Shown here piece after piece: positions 31,017 to 40,167 of a stretch of DNA of 64,000 bases. A program made the translations under genes and the position numbers. Below the pieces are notes generated by a model, which saw only the letters and a program-made list of their open reading frames with translations, had not been told where the DNA came from and ran no database searches. The DNA comes from Candidatus Edwardsbacteria bacterium RifOxyA12_full_54_48 (GTDB lineage: Bacteria > Edwardsbacteria > AC1 > EtOH8). How positions within the stretch are numbered: position 1 is the stretch's first letter; each line of letters opens with the position of its first letter. Location of the stretch: the NCBI GenBank assembly GCA_001777915.1, contig MFFN01000004.1:617744-681743 (forward strand). The letters are read 5' to 3'.

Positions 31017-31685
31017 ATGGAAAAAGACAGCAGGATAAATACCGAAAATCTCCGCGCCATCGCCCTGGATGAGGGGATGGCCGTCTTCGGCGTGGCCGAG
31101 CTTGACCCCATCAGACAAACATTTCACCCCGATATCGTCCGGGCCGCCGAAGGGCTAAAATACGGAATATCAATAGGCTTCCGTCTTTCCGATCCCACCC
31201 TAGACGATATTGCCGACCGGCCCACCCTGTTGTATAAGCACCACTACAAGGTGGCCAACTATACGTTGGACAGGGCCGGGGCCAGGCTGGAAGCCTGCAT
31301 CCAATCCAACGGTTATAAAGCCCTGCCCATTCCGGCCTCGCAGACCATAGACTGGGAGAAGCACCTGGGCCACCTGTCCCACAAGGCCGTGGCGGTTCAG
31401 GCCGGCTTGGGATGGATAGGAAAGTCGGCCCTGTTCATCCATTCCGAACACCGGGCCCGGCTTCGGCTGGTAACCGTTCTGACCGACATGCCGCTGGAGG
31501 CGGGAAGCCCCGTCAAAAGATCCTGCGGCAGTTGCCAGCTTTGCATCAAGGCCTGCCCGGCCGGGGCCATATCGGACCAGGGCTACGACAAGCCCAAGTG
31601 CATCGCCCAGCTGAGGGAGTTCTCGCACCTGCCGGGCATCGGGCAGTATATCTGCGGAGTGTGCGTCAAGGTATGCCGGGGATAG
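31017..31685 (+). CDS. Epoxyqueuosine-reductase-like 4Fe-4S protein
   Basis: SHKAVAVQAGLGWIGKS, RLVTVLTD, CGSCQLCIKACP, CGVCVKVC. Confidence 0.8.
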   Translation: MEKDSRINTENLRAIALDEGMAVFGVAELDPIRQTFHPDIVRAAEGLKYGISIGFRLSDPTLDDIADRPTLLYKHHYKVANYTLDRAGARLEACIQSNGYKALPIPASQTIDWEKHLGHLSHKAVAVQAGLGWIGKSALFIHSEHRARLRLVTVLTDMPLEAGSPVKRSCGSCQLCIKACPAGAISDQGYDKPKCIAQLREFSHLPGIGQYICGVCVKVCRG

Positions 31686-31724
31686 AACTTTTCCCACGAA
31701 ATACACGAAAAGGGATAAAAATAA

Positions 31725-32687
31725 ATGGATATAAACAGCGATGAATTCAAGGACCGATCAGGCGGATTAAAAGCCTTCGGGGTGGTGCTGATAATTTTAG
31801 GGGCCTTTAACCTGCTGATGATCCCGTTGGCTGTGCTGGGCAGTGTAATGGGCCGGTCCGCCGGCGCCGGGCAGTCGGCCGGATATTGGGCCTTCTCTCT
31901 GGCCGTCAATCTGCTGACCTACCTGTTCCTGGGAGGGACCTTTCTGTGGACCGGGATCGATTCCATCCGGCTTAAACGCTGGGTGCGGCCGGTGCTTCTC
32001 TCCATCGGCTGGGTGTGGTTGCTGCTGGGCTTGATGGTCACGGCCCTGATATTTTTCCTATTGCCCAGGATGATGGGATATTTCATGCCGCCTGATGTGT
32101 CGGCCCCATCAAGCATCATCAATATCGTGATCGCGGTATCCGGAACAGTGTCATTTATTTTCATGGTCCTGCTGCCCGGGCTGTTGGTATGGTTCTATTC
32201 CCAAAATGCAGTAAAGCGGACCATAGAGGCAAAGGATCCCGGTCCGGCCTGGACCGATGCCTGTCCTCCCCCGGTGCTGGCAATAAGCCTGTTCTATGGG
32301 GTAAGCGCTGTATTGACGCTACCTGCTTCATTTATGGGTGTTACCTATGCCTTTGGTCACTTGATTACCGGGGTGCCTGCAATTCTTATTATGTTAGCTG
32401 CTGCAGTTATAGCAGGTTATATATGTTACGGTTTTTATAAACTAGATATTCGAGCTTGGTGGGTATCGATTGCGACAACGTTGTTTTGGTCTGCCGCCTT
32501 CCTCTTTACTCTTTCAGAGGAAGATATGGTTCGAATGTTTTCATTTACCGGCAATGATCAAAACATTAAATTTGGTCAAAGTTGGATGCAATTTGTCTGG
32601 AACTATCAGATCCCGGTTATGATAATTTCTGCTATAACCTTTATTGCGTATCTTCTATATATCAAAAAATATTTCAAGCGGACCTGA
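31725..32687 (+). CDS. Hypothetical multi-pass membrane protein
   Basis: About 8 hydrophobic segments; GC-rich 5' half, AT-rich 3' half. Confidence 0.75.
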   Translation: MDINSDEFKDRSGGLKAFGVVLIILGAFNLLMIPLAVLGSVMGRSAGAGQSAGYWAFSLAVNLLTYLFLGGTFLWTGIDSIRLKRWVRPVLLSIGWVWLLLGLMVTALIFFLLPRMMGYFMPPDVSAPSSIINIVIAVSGTVSFIFMVLLPGLLVWFYSQNAVKRTIEAKDPGPAWTDACPPPVLAISLFYGVSAVLTLPASFMGVTYAFGHLITGVPAILIMLAAAVIAGYICYGFYKLDIRAWWVSIATTLFWSAAFLFTLSEEDMVRMFSFTGNDQNIKFGQSWMQFVWNYQIPVMIISAITFIAYLLYIKKYFKRT

Positions 32688-32693
32688 ATTGCT

Positions 32694-33236
32694 ATGGCAA
32701 TAGTCAGGAGCGTTAAGCCGGTCAAGTTCTTCCTGGGCCTGATCTACTCCCAGGAGGTGAGCCTGTGGGATCTGGAGCGGGAACTGCAGAAACGCTTCGG
32801 CACCATCGACCGCAAAAGCCCGGTGCTGGATTTCAGCGGCTCCACCGATTATTATTCCCCGGAGATGGGCCCAAAACTTTTCCGGGCCTGGTGGAGCCTG
32901 CACCAGCTGGGAGATCCCGGAAAACTGCCGGAGCTTAAGCTGCTATCGAACCAACTGGAGGATGAATACCTTAAGGCCAGTGAAGGCACCGGCCGGATAG
33001 TCAACATCGATCCCGGATATGTAAACGAGGCCCGGGTGATACTGGCCTCCTGCAAGGATTTTTCCCACCGGGTCTACCTGGGCCAGGGAATATACGGGGA
33101 TGTCACCCTCATCTACCGGGGCGACGGATTCAAGCCGCTGGAATGGACCTACCCCGACTACCAATGCCCCGAGGCTTTTAGATATTTCCAAGCATTGAAG
33201 GACGATTACCGAAAACAGATCAAGGAGGCGAAATGA
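32694..33236 (+). CDS. DUF4416 family protein
   Basis: TDYYSPEMG, RIVNIDPGY, LASCKDFSHRVYLGQGIY, WTYPDY. Confidence 0.85.
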   Translation: MAIVRSVKPVKFFLGLIYSQEVSLWDLERELQKRFGTIDRKSPVLDFSGSTDYYSPEMGPKLFRAWWSLHQLGDPGKLPELKLLSNQLEDEYLKASEGTGRIVNIDPGYVNEARVILASCKDFSHRVYLGQGIYGDVTLIYRGDGFKPLEWTYPDYQCPEAFRYFQALKDDYRKQIKEAK

Positions 33237-33700
33237 CCGAGGAGAAAAGCAAGGTGATTTTAGAATGGACCGTCTTCCCGCTGGCGGAATCAAAAACCAA
33301 GGCCCTGATAGCCATTTTGACCCCGCCGCTGGCGATGCTGGTCATCTATCTTTTGATGCAGTCCTGGCTGTGGGCCGGGCTGGGTTTTTTGCTGCTGTTC
33401 TCCTCGGAGTTCCCGTTCTTTCTTAAATCCCGGTATACCTTCGACCAGCAGGGGGTAAGCATGAAGCGTGGCGGGGTGACCATCACCCGCAAGTGGGAGC
33501 AGATCAACAGTTATTATCCCGACAAGAACGGGGTGCTGCTGTCGCCCTTTGCCAAACAGACCTGGCTGGAGAATTTCCGGGGCATCTATCTTCAATACGG
33601 AAAACACCGGGACCAGATAATGGCGGTGCTTAGGGACAAGGTGAAAGTGGCGAAAATAGCCCAAAAAGAAACCATCAAAAATGATTCGGAGCCAAAATGA
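33233..33700 (+). CDS. Hypothetical membrane protein
   Basis: Two TMs; PDKNGVLLSPF...LENFRGIYL; translationally coupled to neighbours. Confidence 0.7.
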   Translation: MTEEKSKVILEWTVFPLAESKTKALIAILTPPLAMLVIYLLMQSWLWAGLGFLLLFSSEFPFFLKSRYTFDQQGVSMKRGGVTITRKWEQINSYYPDKNGVLLSPFAKQTWLENFRGIYLQYGKHRDQIMAVLRDKVKVAKIAQKETIKNDSEPK

Positions 33701-36645
33701 AAAAGATCCATTCATTCACAGCCGTCCTGCTCCTTGTCTTTGCCGGCGTTTGCCAGGCATGGCAGCAGAGGGTGGAATATAATATCGAAGCCCGGCTGGA
33801 TACGGCAGAGCACAGGATATATGCCACCCAGCACCTGCGGTATTTCAACAATTCGCCGGATACTTTGACCGCTGTTTGGTTCCACCTGTATCCCAATGCC
33901 TACCGGGACAACTCCTCCTTCTTCGCCCGGGAGGCCGAGCAGCAGCAGGATTACCGGTCCCGGCACTCCTCCCCGGAGGATAAGGGATGGATCAAGATAA
34001 ATTCCCTGCTGGTGTCCGACAGCACCGCAGTATTCAAATACGGCCCAGAATATGGTGTCCCATTTATCCGGGGCGGCCGAGCGGATGAAATGGCGATATT
34101 CGGTGATTACGGAGGCACCCACCCGGCTGTTAATAAAAAATTCAAAGAACCAAAATATAAGCTGGATTCCACCTCGGCCAGCCTGGAACTGCCAATTCCC
34201 TTGGCTCCCGGTGATTCAGTAGATTTCTATTTCGATTTTACTGTCAAGGTGCCGAAATTCTTCTCCCGGATGGGGCATGAGGGAACTCATTACGAGATCT
34301 CCCAATGGTATCCCAAGATCGCCGTTTATGATGCCAAGGGCTGGCACGCCGACGGCTACCACTACATCGGGGAATTCTACGGGGATTACGGATCTTTCCA
34401 AGTCGGTTTGGAGACCCCGAAAGACCTCAAAATAGGCGCCACCGGATCGCAGGTGCTTGAATACGACGACCAGGGACAGCCGTTAGACGATATAGCGGGA
34501 TATCACCTGTTCGCCGCCGACAATGTCCATGATTTTGCCTGGTGCGCCGATCCGGAATACATCGAAACCACCGAGCAGCACGGGGATATCGGCATCACGG
34601 TTCTGGTCCGCCCTAAAGATAAAGAACGCTGGAAAAATGTGATGCAGTATGCCAAGGACGCCCTGGATCATTATGGAAGGTGGTACGGCCAATACCCCTA
34701 CCCCGCCCTGACGGTCTGCGACGGCGACATGGCGGCCGGGGGCGGCATGGAGTATCCCAATCTGGTGATCGTTTCCACCGGCGAGGACCAATACACCCGG
34801 ACCCTGGAGATGGTGGTGATGCACGAGATCGGCCACCAGTGGTTCTACGGCATCCTGGGCAACAACGAGATGGACCAGGCCTGGCTGGACGAGGGTATCA
34901 ACTCCTTTTCGGAGCAGAGATATTTTGAGGAGAAATACGGGCCGGCCGGCAACTACCTGGCCAAGGAATCATTAAGAAAATTGCTGCCCGAGGCCAGCAA
35001 CCGGAACGTGGGCCGGATGATTCCCTACCTTTATTCTGCCAATAGAATGGACCAGCCGGTCGATGCCAGGGCCTGCATCTCCGGGGAGATGGGGCAGTAT
35101 GCCGCCAGCGCCTACATGAAGCCGGCGGCCATGATGTGGTGGCTAAAAGGATATCTGGGGAATTCTACTTTCGACCGGGTGATGCAGGGTTATTACCGCG
35201 ACAACCAGTTCCGACATGTCGGTACTGAAAAATTCTATGAAGCAGTGGAAAAATATTCACAAAAAGACGTCAAGCCATATTTTGCCCCCTGGTTAAAAAC
35301 CACCGGAATGAGCGATTACTCGGTGGCTTCGGTGCGTCAGATAAAGGAACAAAGAAATACCTACAGTATCACCCTGGCCAGAAAGGGGAATCTGGCCATC
35401 CCGGCGGCATTTTCAGCCGAGGATGCCATCAATAAAAAATACGACGTTTTATGGAGCGGCAGGGGAAGGGATACAACCTTTCTTCTGCAGACCGACGGAA
35501 AGCTGGTCTCCGCAGTGATCGATCCCGACAATGTTTTACTGGAGACCAATCGCTGGAATAACTGCCGGCCCCGCAGATACAGGGTAACCCTGGGTCCCCG
35601 CCTGCCGTCCTTCGAATCGTACAACATGTTCTGGCTGCCGGTTCCCTGGTACGATAATGTCAACGGTTTTAGGTTGGGAACCATGCTGCACGGGGCCTAC
35701 CTGGCCGACGGCGATCCCATGGTGGGACATCATCAGTGGACCTTCTCGCCCTTCTACGGCTTCAAGTCCAAAGAGATCAGCTTCAGCTTCGATTACCAGA
35801 CCCCGGTGGGCTTGCGCCCCCGACCGCCCCGGGCATATCTTACCGCCGGCTCGGCCTTCGACATCAACTACGCCGGGATCGGGCTCAAACGGACCTGGGG
35901 GCCGCGGCTGATGCTGGATCCCACCGAGAGCTTCGACCTGAAGCTGGATTATACCCGCTACAAGGATTACCGCTTCTGGGACCCCCGGGATGTCGATACC
36001 GCAGCGGTGGTCAGCCTGATGGCCCAGCGGGGTTATGGCCTGACCCGGCATTGGGGCCGGTCATCGTTCCTCAGCCGGATAACGATAGGATACATACAGC
36101 GGCCGGAATCGGATATCAATAATTATCTCAAATTCGAACTGGAGGAGAAGCTCAACGTCAGGATCAATAAACATATCAACCCCAGATTCCGGCTGACTGT
36201 CGGTTACATCCAGGGGCCGGCCCCGGCTCAGGAGCAGTTCTTTCTGGCCGGGAGTTTCAAGACCACCGGCCTGGACAACATGCTGGCCTCCGGAAAGGAC
36301 TGGTTCTCCACCCAGGAGCATTACCACGTGGACGGCGGGGCCAATCTGCCGGGATATTACGGCACCCATATCCGGGGCCGGAATATGTGGGCGGTCAACC
36401 TGACCCTGCCGGTTATGAAAAGCCCGCTGTCACTTTTCGCCGGGGCCGGGCAGGTGTCCAACGATTGGTTGGAGTTCACCGCCGGAAGCATCCGGGCCGA
36501 TGCCGGGCTGTCATTGGCCCTGGGGCCCATGCGGCTGATGTTCCCGCTGTGGATAAATAAACCCGAAGAGGGCAAGAAACAGTTCGATTGGCGGTGGACC
36601 ATCGGCTTCGGCGGCAGCGGGGAAGGGATGGGGATAAAGTTTTAA
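33697..36645 (+). CDS. M1 family zinc aminopeptidase with probable C-terminal outer-membrane beta domain
   Basis: Signal peptide; GGMEYP, HEIGHQWF, WLDEG; amphipathic beta C-terminal third ending in F. Confidence 0.9.
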   Translation: MKKIHSFTAVLLLVFAGVCQAWQQRVEYNIEARLDTAEHRIYATQHLRYFNNSPDTLTAVWFHLYPNAYRDNSSFFAREAEQQQDYRSRHSSPEDKGWIKINSLLVSDSTAVFKYGPEYGVPFIRGGRADEMAIFGDYGGTHPAVNKKFKEPKYKLDSTSASLELPIPLAPGDSVDFYFDFTVKVPKFFSRMGHEGTHYEISQWYPKIAVYDAKGWHADGYHYIGEFYGDYGSFQVGLETPKDLKIGATGSQVLEYDDQGQPLDDIAGYHLFAADNVHDFAWCADPEYIETTEQHGDIGITVLVRPKDKERWKNVMQYAKDALDHYGRWYGQYPYPALTVCDGDMAAGGGMEYPNLVIVSTGEDQYTRTLEMVVMHEIGHQWFYGILGNNEMDQAWLDEGINSFSEQRYFEEKYGPAGNYLAKESLRKLLPEASNRNVGRMIPYLYSANRMDQPVDARACISGEMGQYAASAYMKPAAMMWWLKGYLGNSTFDRVMQGYYRDNQFRHVGTEKFYEAVEKYSQKDVKPYFAPWLKTTGMSDYSVASVRQIKEQRNTYSITLARKGNLAIPAAFSAEDAINKKYDVLWSGRGRDTTFLLQTDGKLVSAVIDPDNVLLETNRWNNCRPRRYRVTLGPRLPSFESYNMFWLPVPWYDNVNGFRLGTMLHGAYLADGDPMVGHHQWTFSPFYGFKSKEISFSFDYQTPVGLRPRPPRAYLTAGSAFDINYAGIGLKRTWGPRLMLDPTESFDLKLDYTRYKDYRFWDPRDVDTAAVVSLMAQRGYGLTRHWGRSSFLSRITIGYIQRPESDINNYLKFELEEKLNVRINKHINPRFRLTVGYIQGPAPAQEQFFLAGSFKTTGLDNMLASGKDWFSTQEHYHVDGGANLPGYYGTHIRGRNMWAVNLTLPVMKSPLSLFAGAGQVSNDWLEFTAGSIRADAGLSLALGPMRLMFPLWINKPEEGKKQFDWRWTIGFGGSGEGMGIKF

Positions 36646-36650
36646 ATATT

Positions 36651-36690
36651 CGGTCTCCTCGATACTAGCCTTTGGCTAACTCGGTAACCG
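36651..36690. repeat. REP-like hairpin left of GIY-YIG gene
   Basis: CTCGATAC-TAGCC-TTT-GGCTA-ACTCGGTAACC. Confidence 0.65.
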
Positions 36691-36735
36691 AAAAATACGA
36701 TTGTCCGATTTTGGTCATTAAGCACAGATTGAGTT

Positions 36736-37032
36736 ATGTCTATGATGGGTTACATGTACATACTTAAGTGCAATGATGGCACCTATTATACCGGCAGTAC
36801 AGTGAACCTCAAAAAAAGACTGAACGAACACCAAAGTGGTGTGGGGGCGAACTACACAAAAAAACGGTTGCCGGTTGATTTGGTTTATTATGAAGAATAT
36901 CCCAGAATAGATCAGGCATTCTATCGGGAAAAGCAGATACAAAACTGGAGTCGAAAAAAGAAAAAATCATTAATAATGGGCGAGTTTTCAGAGTTACCAA
37001 AGCTGGCCAAGAAAATTTTTAGAAAAAGCTAA
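36736..37032 (+). CDS. Small GIY-YIG nuclease (UPF0213/YazA-like)
   Basis: YMYILKCNDGTYYTGST...RLNEH...YTKKRLPV.LVYYEEY...AFYREKQIQNWSR. Confidence 0.92.
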   Translation: MSMMGYMYILKCNDGTYYTGSTVNLKKRLNEHQSGVGANYTKKRLPVDLVYYEEYPRIDQAFYREKQIQNWSRKKKKSLIMGEFSELPKLAKKIFRKS

Positions 37033-37089
37033 TAAAAAACCGCCAGGGTTAATATTTGTTATTTTTTCAGCGCACTTAATATTGTTAAG

Positions 37090-37165
37090 CCTGGTCGTCG
37101 AGTGCCGGACAGAATCAGGCGCTATAAAGCACCTCCACTCTGAACCGGCGTATCGAGACGACAGG
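37090..37165. repeat. REP-like hairpin right of GIY-YIG gene, inverted relative to left copy
   Basis: GGTCGTCGAGT-GCCGG...CCGGC-GTATCGAG. Confidence 0.65.
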
Positions 37166-37201
37166 AAGGTAATGCATTATTTTATCAGGCAATAAAAAGG
37201 C

Positions 37202-37966
37202 ATGAAATATCTGACCCTGGCCCTGGTCCAGATGCGTTGCCAGAAGGCGGCCATAGAAGACAATATAAAAGAGATGCGCCGATATCTTGACCAGGCCAAA
37301 GGTGCCAAGGCCGACATCGTCTGCTTTCCCGAGATGAACATCACCGGATATATCGACCCCCGGCAGCATCCGGAGGCGGTCATCTCCCGGGACCATCCCG
37401 CCATCAAAGAAATCAACGGGTTAAGCCGGGAATACCATACTACCATCATCGCCGGGTTCGTGGAGCAAAATAACGCAGACAAACCATTCATCACCCAATT
37501 TGTTGCGGAAGGCGGATCGATCAAGGGATACTACCGCAAGAAGACCGTCAAGGAGGATGAGATAAAACGGTTCAGTCCGGGAGAGGAACAGCCGATATTT
37601 GCCATTAAAGGCCTGACCTACGGTTTGTCAATCTGTGCCGATCTCGATGATGGAAACATTTTTAAAGAGCTGGCCCGCCAGGGGGCCAAAATGGTCATAG
37701 AGTGCGCCGCCCCAGGCCTTTACGGAGACCAGAAAACCAGGAACTGGCAGGAGGGTTACGATTGGTGGAGGGGAGAATGCTTCGGCAAGCTGGGCAAATA
37801 TGCCGCCGACAACGGCATCCATATTGCGGTGGCCACCCAGGCCGGCCGGACGACGGACGAGGATTTCCCGGGAGGGGGCTATTTGTTTTCCCCTGATGGC
37901 AGGTGCTTGGCTCAGTCGGCCGGCTGGAAAGAGGGGATGCTGACGGCAAAAATCCCATCAGGATGA
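37202..37966 (+). CDS. Carbon-nitrogen hydrolase (nitrilase superfamily)
   Basis: VCFPEM, YRKK, SICAD catalytic triad motifs. Confidence 0.92.
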   Translation: MKYLTLALVQMRCQKAAIEDNIKEMRRYLDQAKGAKADIVCFPEMNITGYIDPRQHPEAVISRDHPAIKEINGLSREYHTTIIAGFVEQNNADKPFITQFVAEGGSIKGYYRKKTVKEDEIKRFSPGEEQPIFAIKGLTYGLSICADLDDGNIFKELARQGAKMVIECAAPGLYGDQKTRNWQEGYDWWRGECFGKLGKYAADNGIHIAVATQAGRTTDEDFPGGGYLFSPDGRCLAQSAGWKEGMLTAKIPSG

Positions 37967-37984
37967 TGTTTTATTTCTGAATAT

Positions 37985-38012
37985 AAAAGCCCCGCCGTTG
38001 GCGGGGCTTTTT
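37985..38012. terminator. Bidirectional intrinsic terminator between convergent genes
   Basis: AAAAGCCCCGCC-GTT-GGCGGGGCTTTTT. Confidence 0.9.
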
Positions 38013-38025
38013 GTTTGTATCGCGT

Positions 38026-39306
38026 TTATAATTTGCGTTCGATGAAGTACTGGGCCTTCAGCTTCTTCATCCAGGCTTCGTAGAGCTCCTGCATCTTTTT
38101 GGATTTCAAATACTCCACCAACTGGTCCTTCACCGATTCCAGGGTGGGGGTCTTGGCCGGGTAGCGCTTTTCCAGCTTGACGATATGGAAACCGGTGGGG
38201 GTCTCGATCACATCGCTGACCTCGCCCTCCTTCAGGATGGCCAGCTCGTCCTTGATCTCGGCCGGAAAGCCCTCCACCGGAATGCCCATCAGTTTGCCGT
38301 CGGTGTTCTTGGCCTCGGGATCGTCGGAGTAGGTCTTGGCCAGCTTGTTGAAATTTTCCTTGCCCACGATCACCCTCTCGTGCAGGGCGGTGACGGTCCT
38401 TTTGGCCCGGGCAATATCGGCCGTCGAGGGGGCCACCATGATCAGGATGTGGGCGGCGTGAACCTGGTCGCCCTTCTTCTCCAGCAGTTTGATGATGTGA
38501 AATCCGAACTGGGTGACGATCACGCCGGACACCTGCCCCGGCTTGAGGGCGAAGGCCGCCTGCTCGAACTCCGGCACCATCTGGTTGCGCCCGAACCAGC
38601 CCAGATCGCCGCCCTTGACGGCGGAACCTTCATCGTCCGAATATTTTTTGGCCACCTCGGCGAATGGTTTTTTCAGCTTGAGCTGGTTCAACACCTGTTG
38701 GACCTTGGCCTGGGCATCGGTCTTGGATTTCTGGCCCGGCTTGGGAGTTATCAATATATGCGACAGATCGACCTTCTCCGGCTCGCCGGGGATGGAATCC
38801 TTGTGGCTGGCAAAGAAAGCCTCCAGCTCCTTGGTGGTCGGCGGGGTGACCTGGGAGCGAAGGTTCCGGTCGATCAATCGCTGAACGATCAGCATGTTCT
38901 TGACGTCGCTGCGGTGTTTGGCCTTGAGCTGGGCCACCGTGGTGCCCTCGATCTTGAGCTGGGCGCTGAACTGTTCCTCGGTGGGGAACTGGGACCTCAT
39001 CTCGGCGATCCGCTGGTCCAGTATCTCGTCTATCTCGGTGTCTTTTACAAAAATGGATTCCTTTTTGGCCTGGGCCAGCATCACGTAGTTCTCTATCTTC
39101 TGCTCCAGGGCCATCTTTTGCAGTGAATCCAGCGGGGTGGGATCCTGGGGAACCTGCATCCGGTAAAGCTGGACCTGGCGGTCCACCTCGCTCTTGAGGA
39201 TCGGCTGGTCGCCCACCCTCCCGATGACGGCATCCAGGGTGTCGCCGGCCCGGGCAATGCCGCCCAACAACAGCAATAGAGCCAGCAGGGTCTTGGAAAT
39301 CTTCAT
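38026..39306 (-). CDS. surA: SurA-like periplasmic chaperone/PPIase with two parvulin domains
   Basis: Signal peptide; SHILI, KGGDLGWF...MVPEFE, TQFGFHIIK; second domain HAAHILI...TPTGFHIVK. Confidence 0.85.
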   Translation of the reverse strand: MKISKTLLALLLLLGGIARAGDTLDAVIGRVGDQPILKSEVDRQVQLYRMQVPQDPTPLDSLQKMALEQKIENYVMLAQAKKESIFVKDTEIDEILDQRIAEMRSQFPTEEQFSAQLKIEGTTVAQLKAKHRSDVKNMLIVQRLIDRNLRSQVTPPTTKELEAFFASHKDSIPGEPEKVDLSHILITPKPGQKSKTDAQAKVQQVLNQLKLKKPFAEVAKKYSDDEGSAVKGGDLGWFGRNQMVPEFEQAAFALKPGQVSGVIVTQFGFHIIKLLEKKGDQVHAAHILIMVAPSTADIARAKRTVTALHERVIVGKENFNKLAKTYSDDPEAKNTDGKLMGIPVEGFPAEIKDELAILKEGEVSDVIETPTGFHIVKLEKRYPAKTPTLESVKDQLVEYLKSKKMQELYEAWMKKLKAQYFIERKL

Positions 39307-39347
39307 TATTACCTCTCGTAAATATTAGGCGTGATTTGATCTGGGGA

Positions 39348-40166
39348 TCATTTTATCAATTCCGGATGGCTCTCCACCTTGGAGGCCAGCCTCAGGCTGT
39401 CGCTGATATTGTCGAACCGTGTCTTCTGGCGGAGCATGGTCAGCCCGTAGACCAGATCCTCCCGGATGTCCTCGAACTTGACACTCTGGGAGGGGCGGCG
39501 GTCGGTGACCTTCATGATATGGTAGCCGTCCGACAGCTTGATGGGTTCTGATATTCCGCCCTTCTTTAGAGAGAAGACCTTTTCCTCGAAATCGATCGGG
39601 ATCTGGCCGCTGCCGCGCCGCAGGTATATCCCCAGGTCTCCGCCCTTGTCCTTGGTGGTGGGATCCAGTGATTTTTCCCGGGCCAGCTTGGCAAAATCCT
39701 CGCCATTGTCCAGGGAGGCCTTGACCATCTGGGCCTGGTCTTCCGTGGCGGTGAGGATCTGGCTGAGTTTTACCTCCGCCTGGTACTCCTCCTGGTGGGC
39801 CTCGAAATATTCCTTGGCCTCGGTGTCGCTGACCTTCAGCTTCTCCACGATCTCCTTCTGGATGAACTGATTGGCTAGGATCTCCTTCTGCAGGTCGCGG
39901 ATCTGCTTAGCTATCTTGGGCTCCTTGTCCAGCCCCTTCTTCTGGGCTTCCTGGTAGAACAGCTCGGTGTTCACCCAGCGGCGGACGAACTCCTCCTTCT
40001 GGGCCGGAGTGACGTTGGTCATCCCCTCGGGCAGGATATCATTGAAATCCTGCTGAACCAGCACCGCCTGGTTGACCCGGGCAATGGCCGGCTGATCGGA
40101 TGATTTCTTCCCGCAGCCGAATACGGCCAGCCCCAGGACGGCCAGGGATATCAGGATTCTCTTCAT
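39348..40166 (-). CDS. PpiC-type peptidyl-prolyl isomerase lipoprotein
   Basis: VFGC lipobox; FAKLAREKSLD..KGGDLG, GYHIMK. Confidence 0.88.
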   Translation of the reverse strand: MKRILISLAVLGLAVFGCGKKSSDQPAIARVNQAVLVQQDFNDILPEGMTNVTPAQKEEFVRRWVNTELFYQEAQKKGLDKEPKIAKQIRDLQKEILANQFIQKEIVEKLKVSDTEAKEYFEAHQEEYQAEVKLSQILTATEDQAQMVKASLDNGEDFAKLAREKSLDPTTKDKGGDLGIYLRRGSGQIPIDFEEKVFSLKKGGISEPIKLSDGYHIMKVTDRRPSQSVKFEDIREDLVYGLTMLRQKTRFDNISDSLRLASKVESHPELIK

Positions 40167-40167
40167 G

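Noticed and set aside
31017..31685. Reductive dehalogenase
   Set aside because: Only 222 aa, no Tat signal and no RdhB anchor; fits the short QueG-like Fe-S family.
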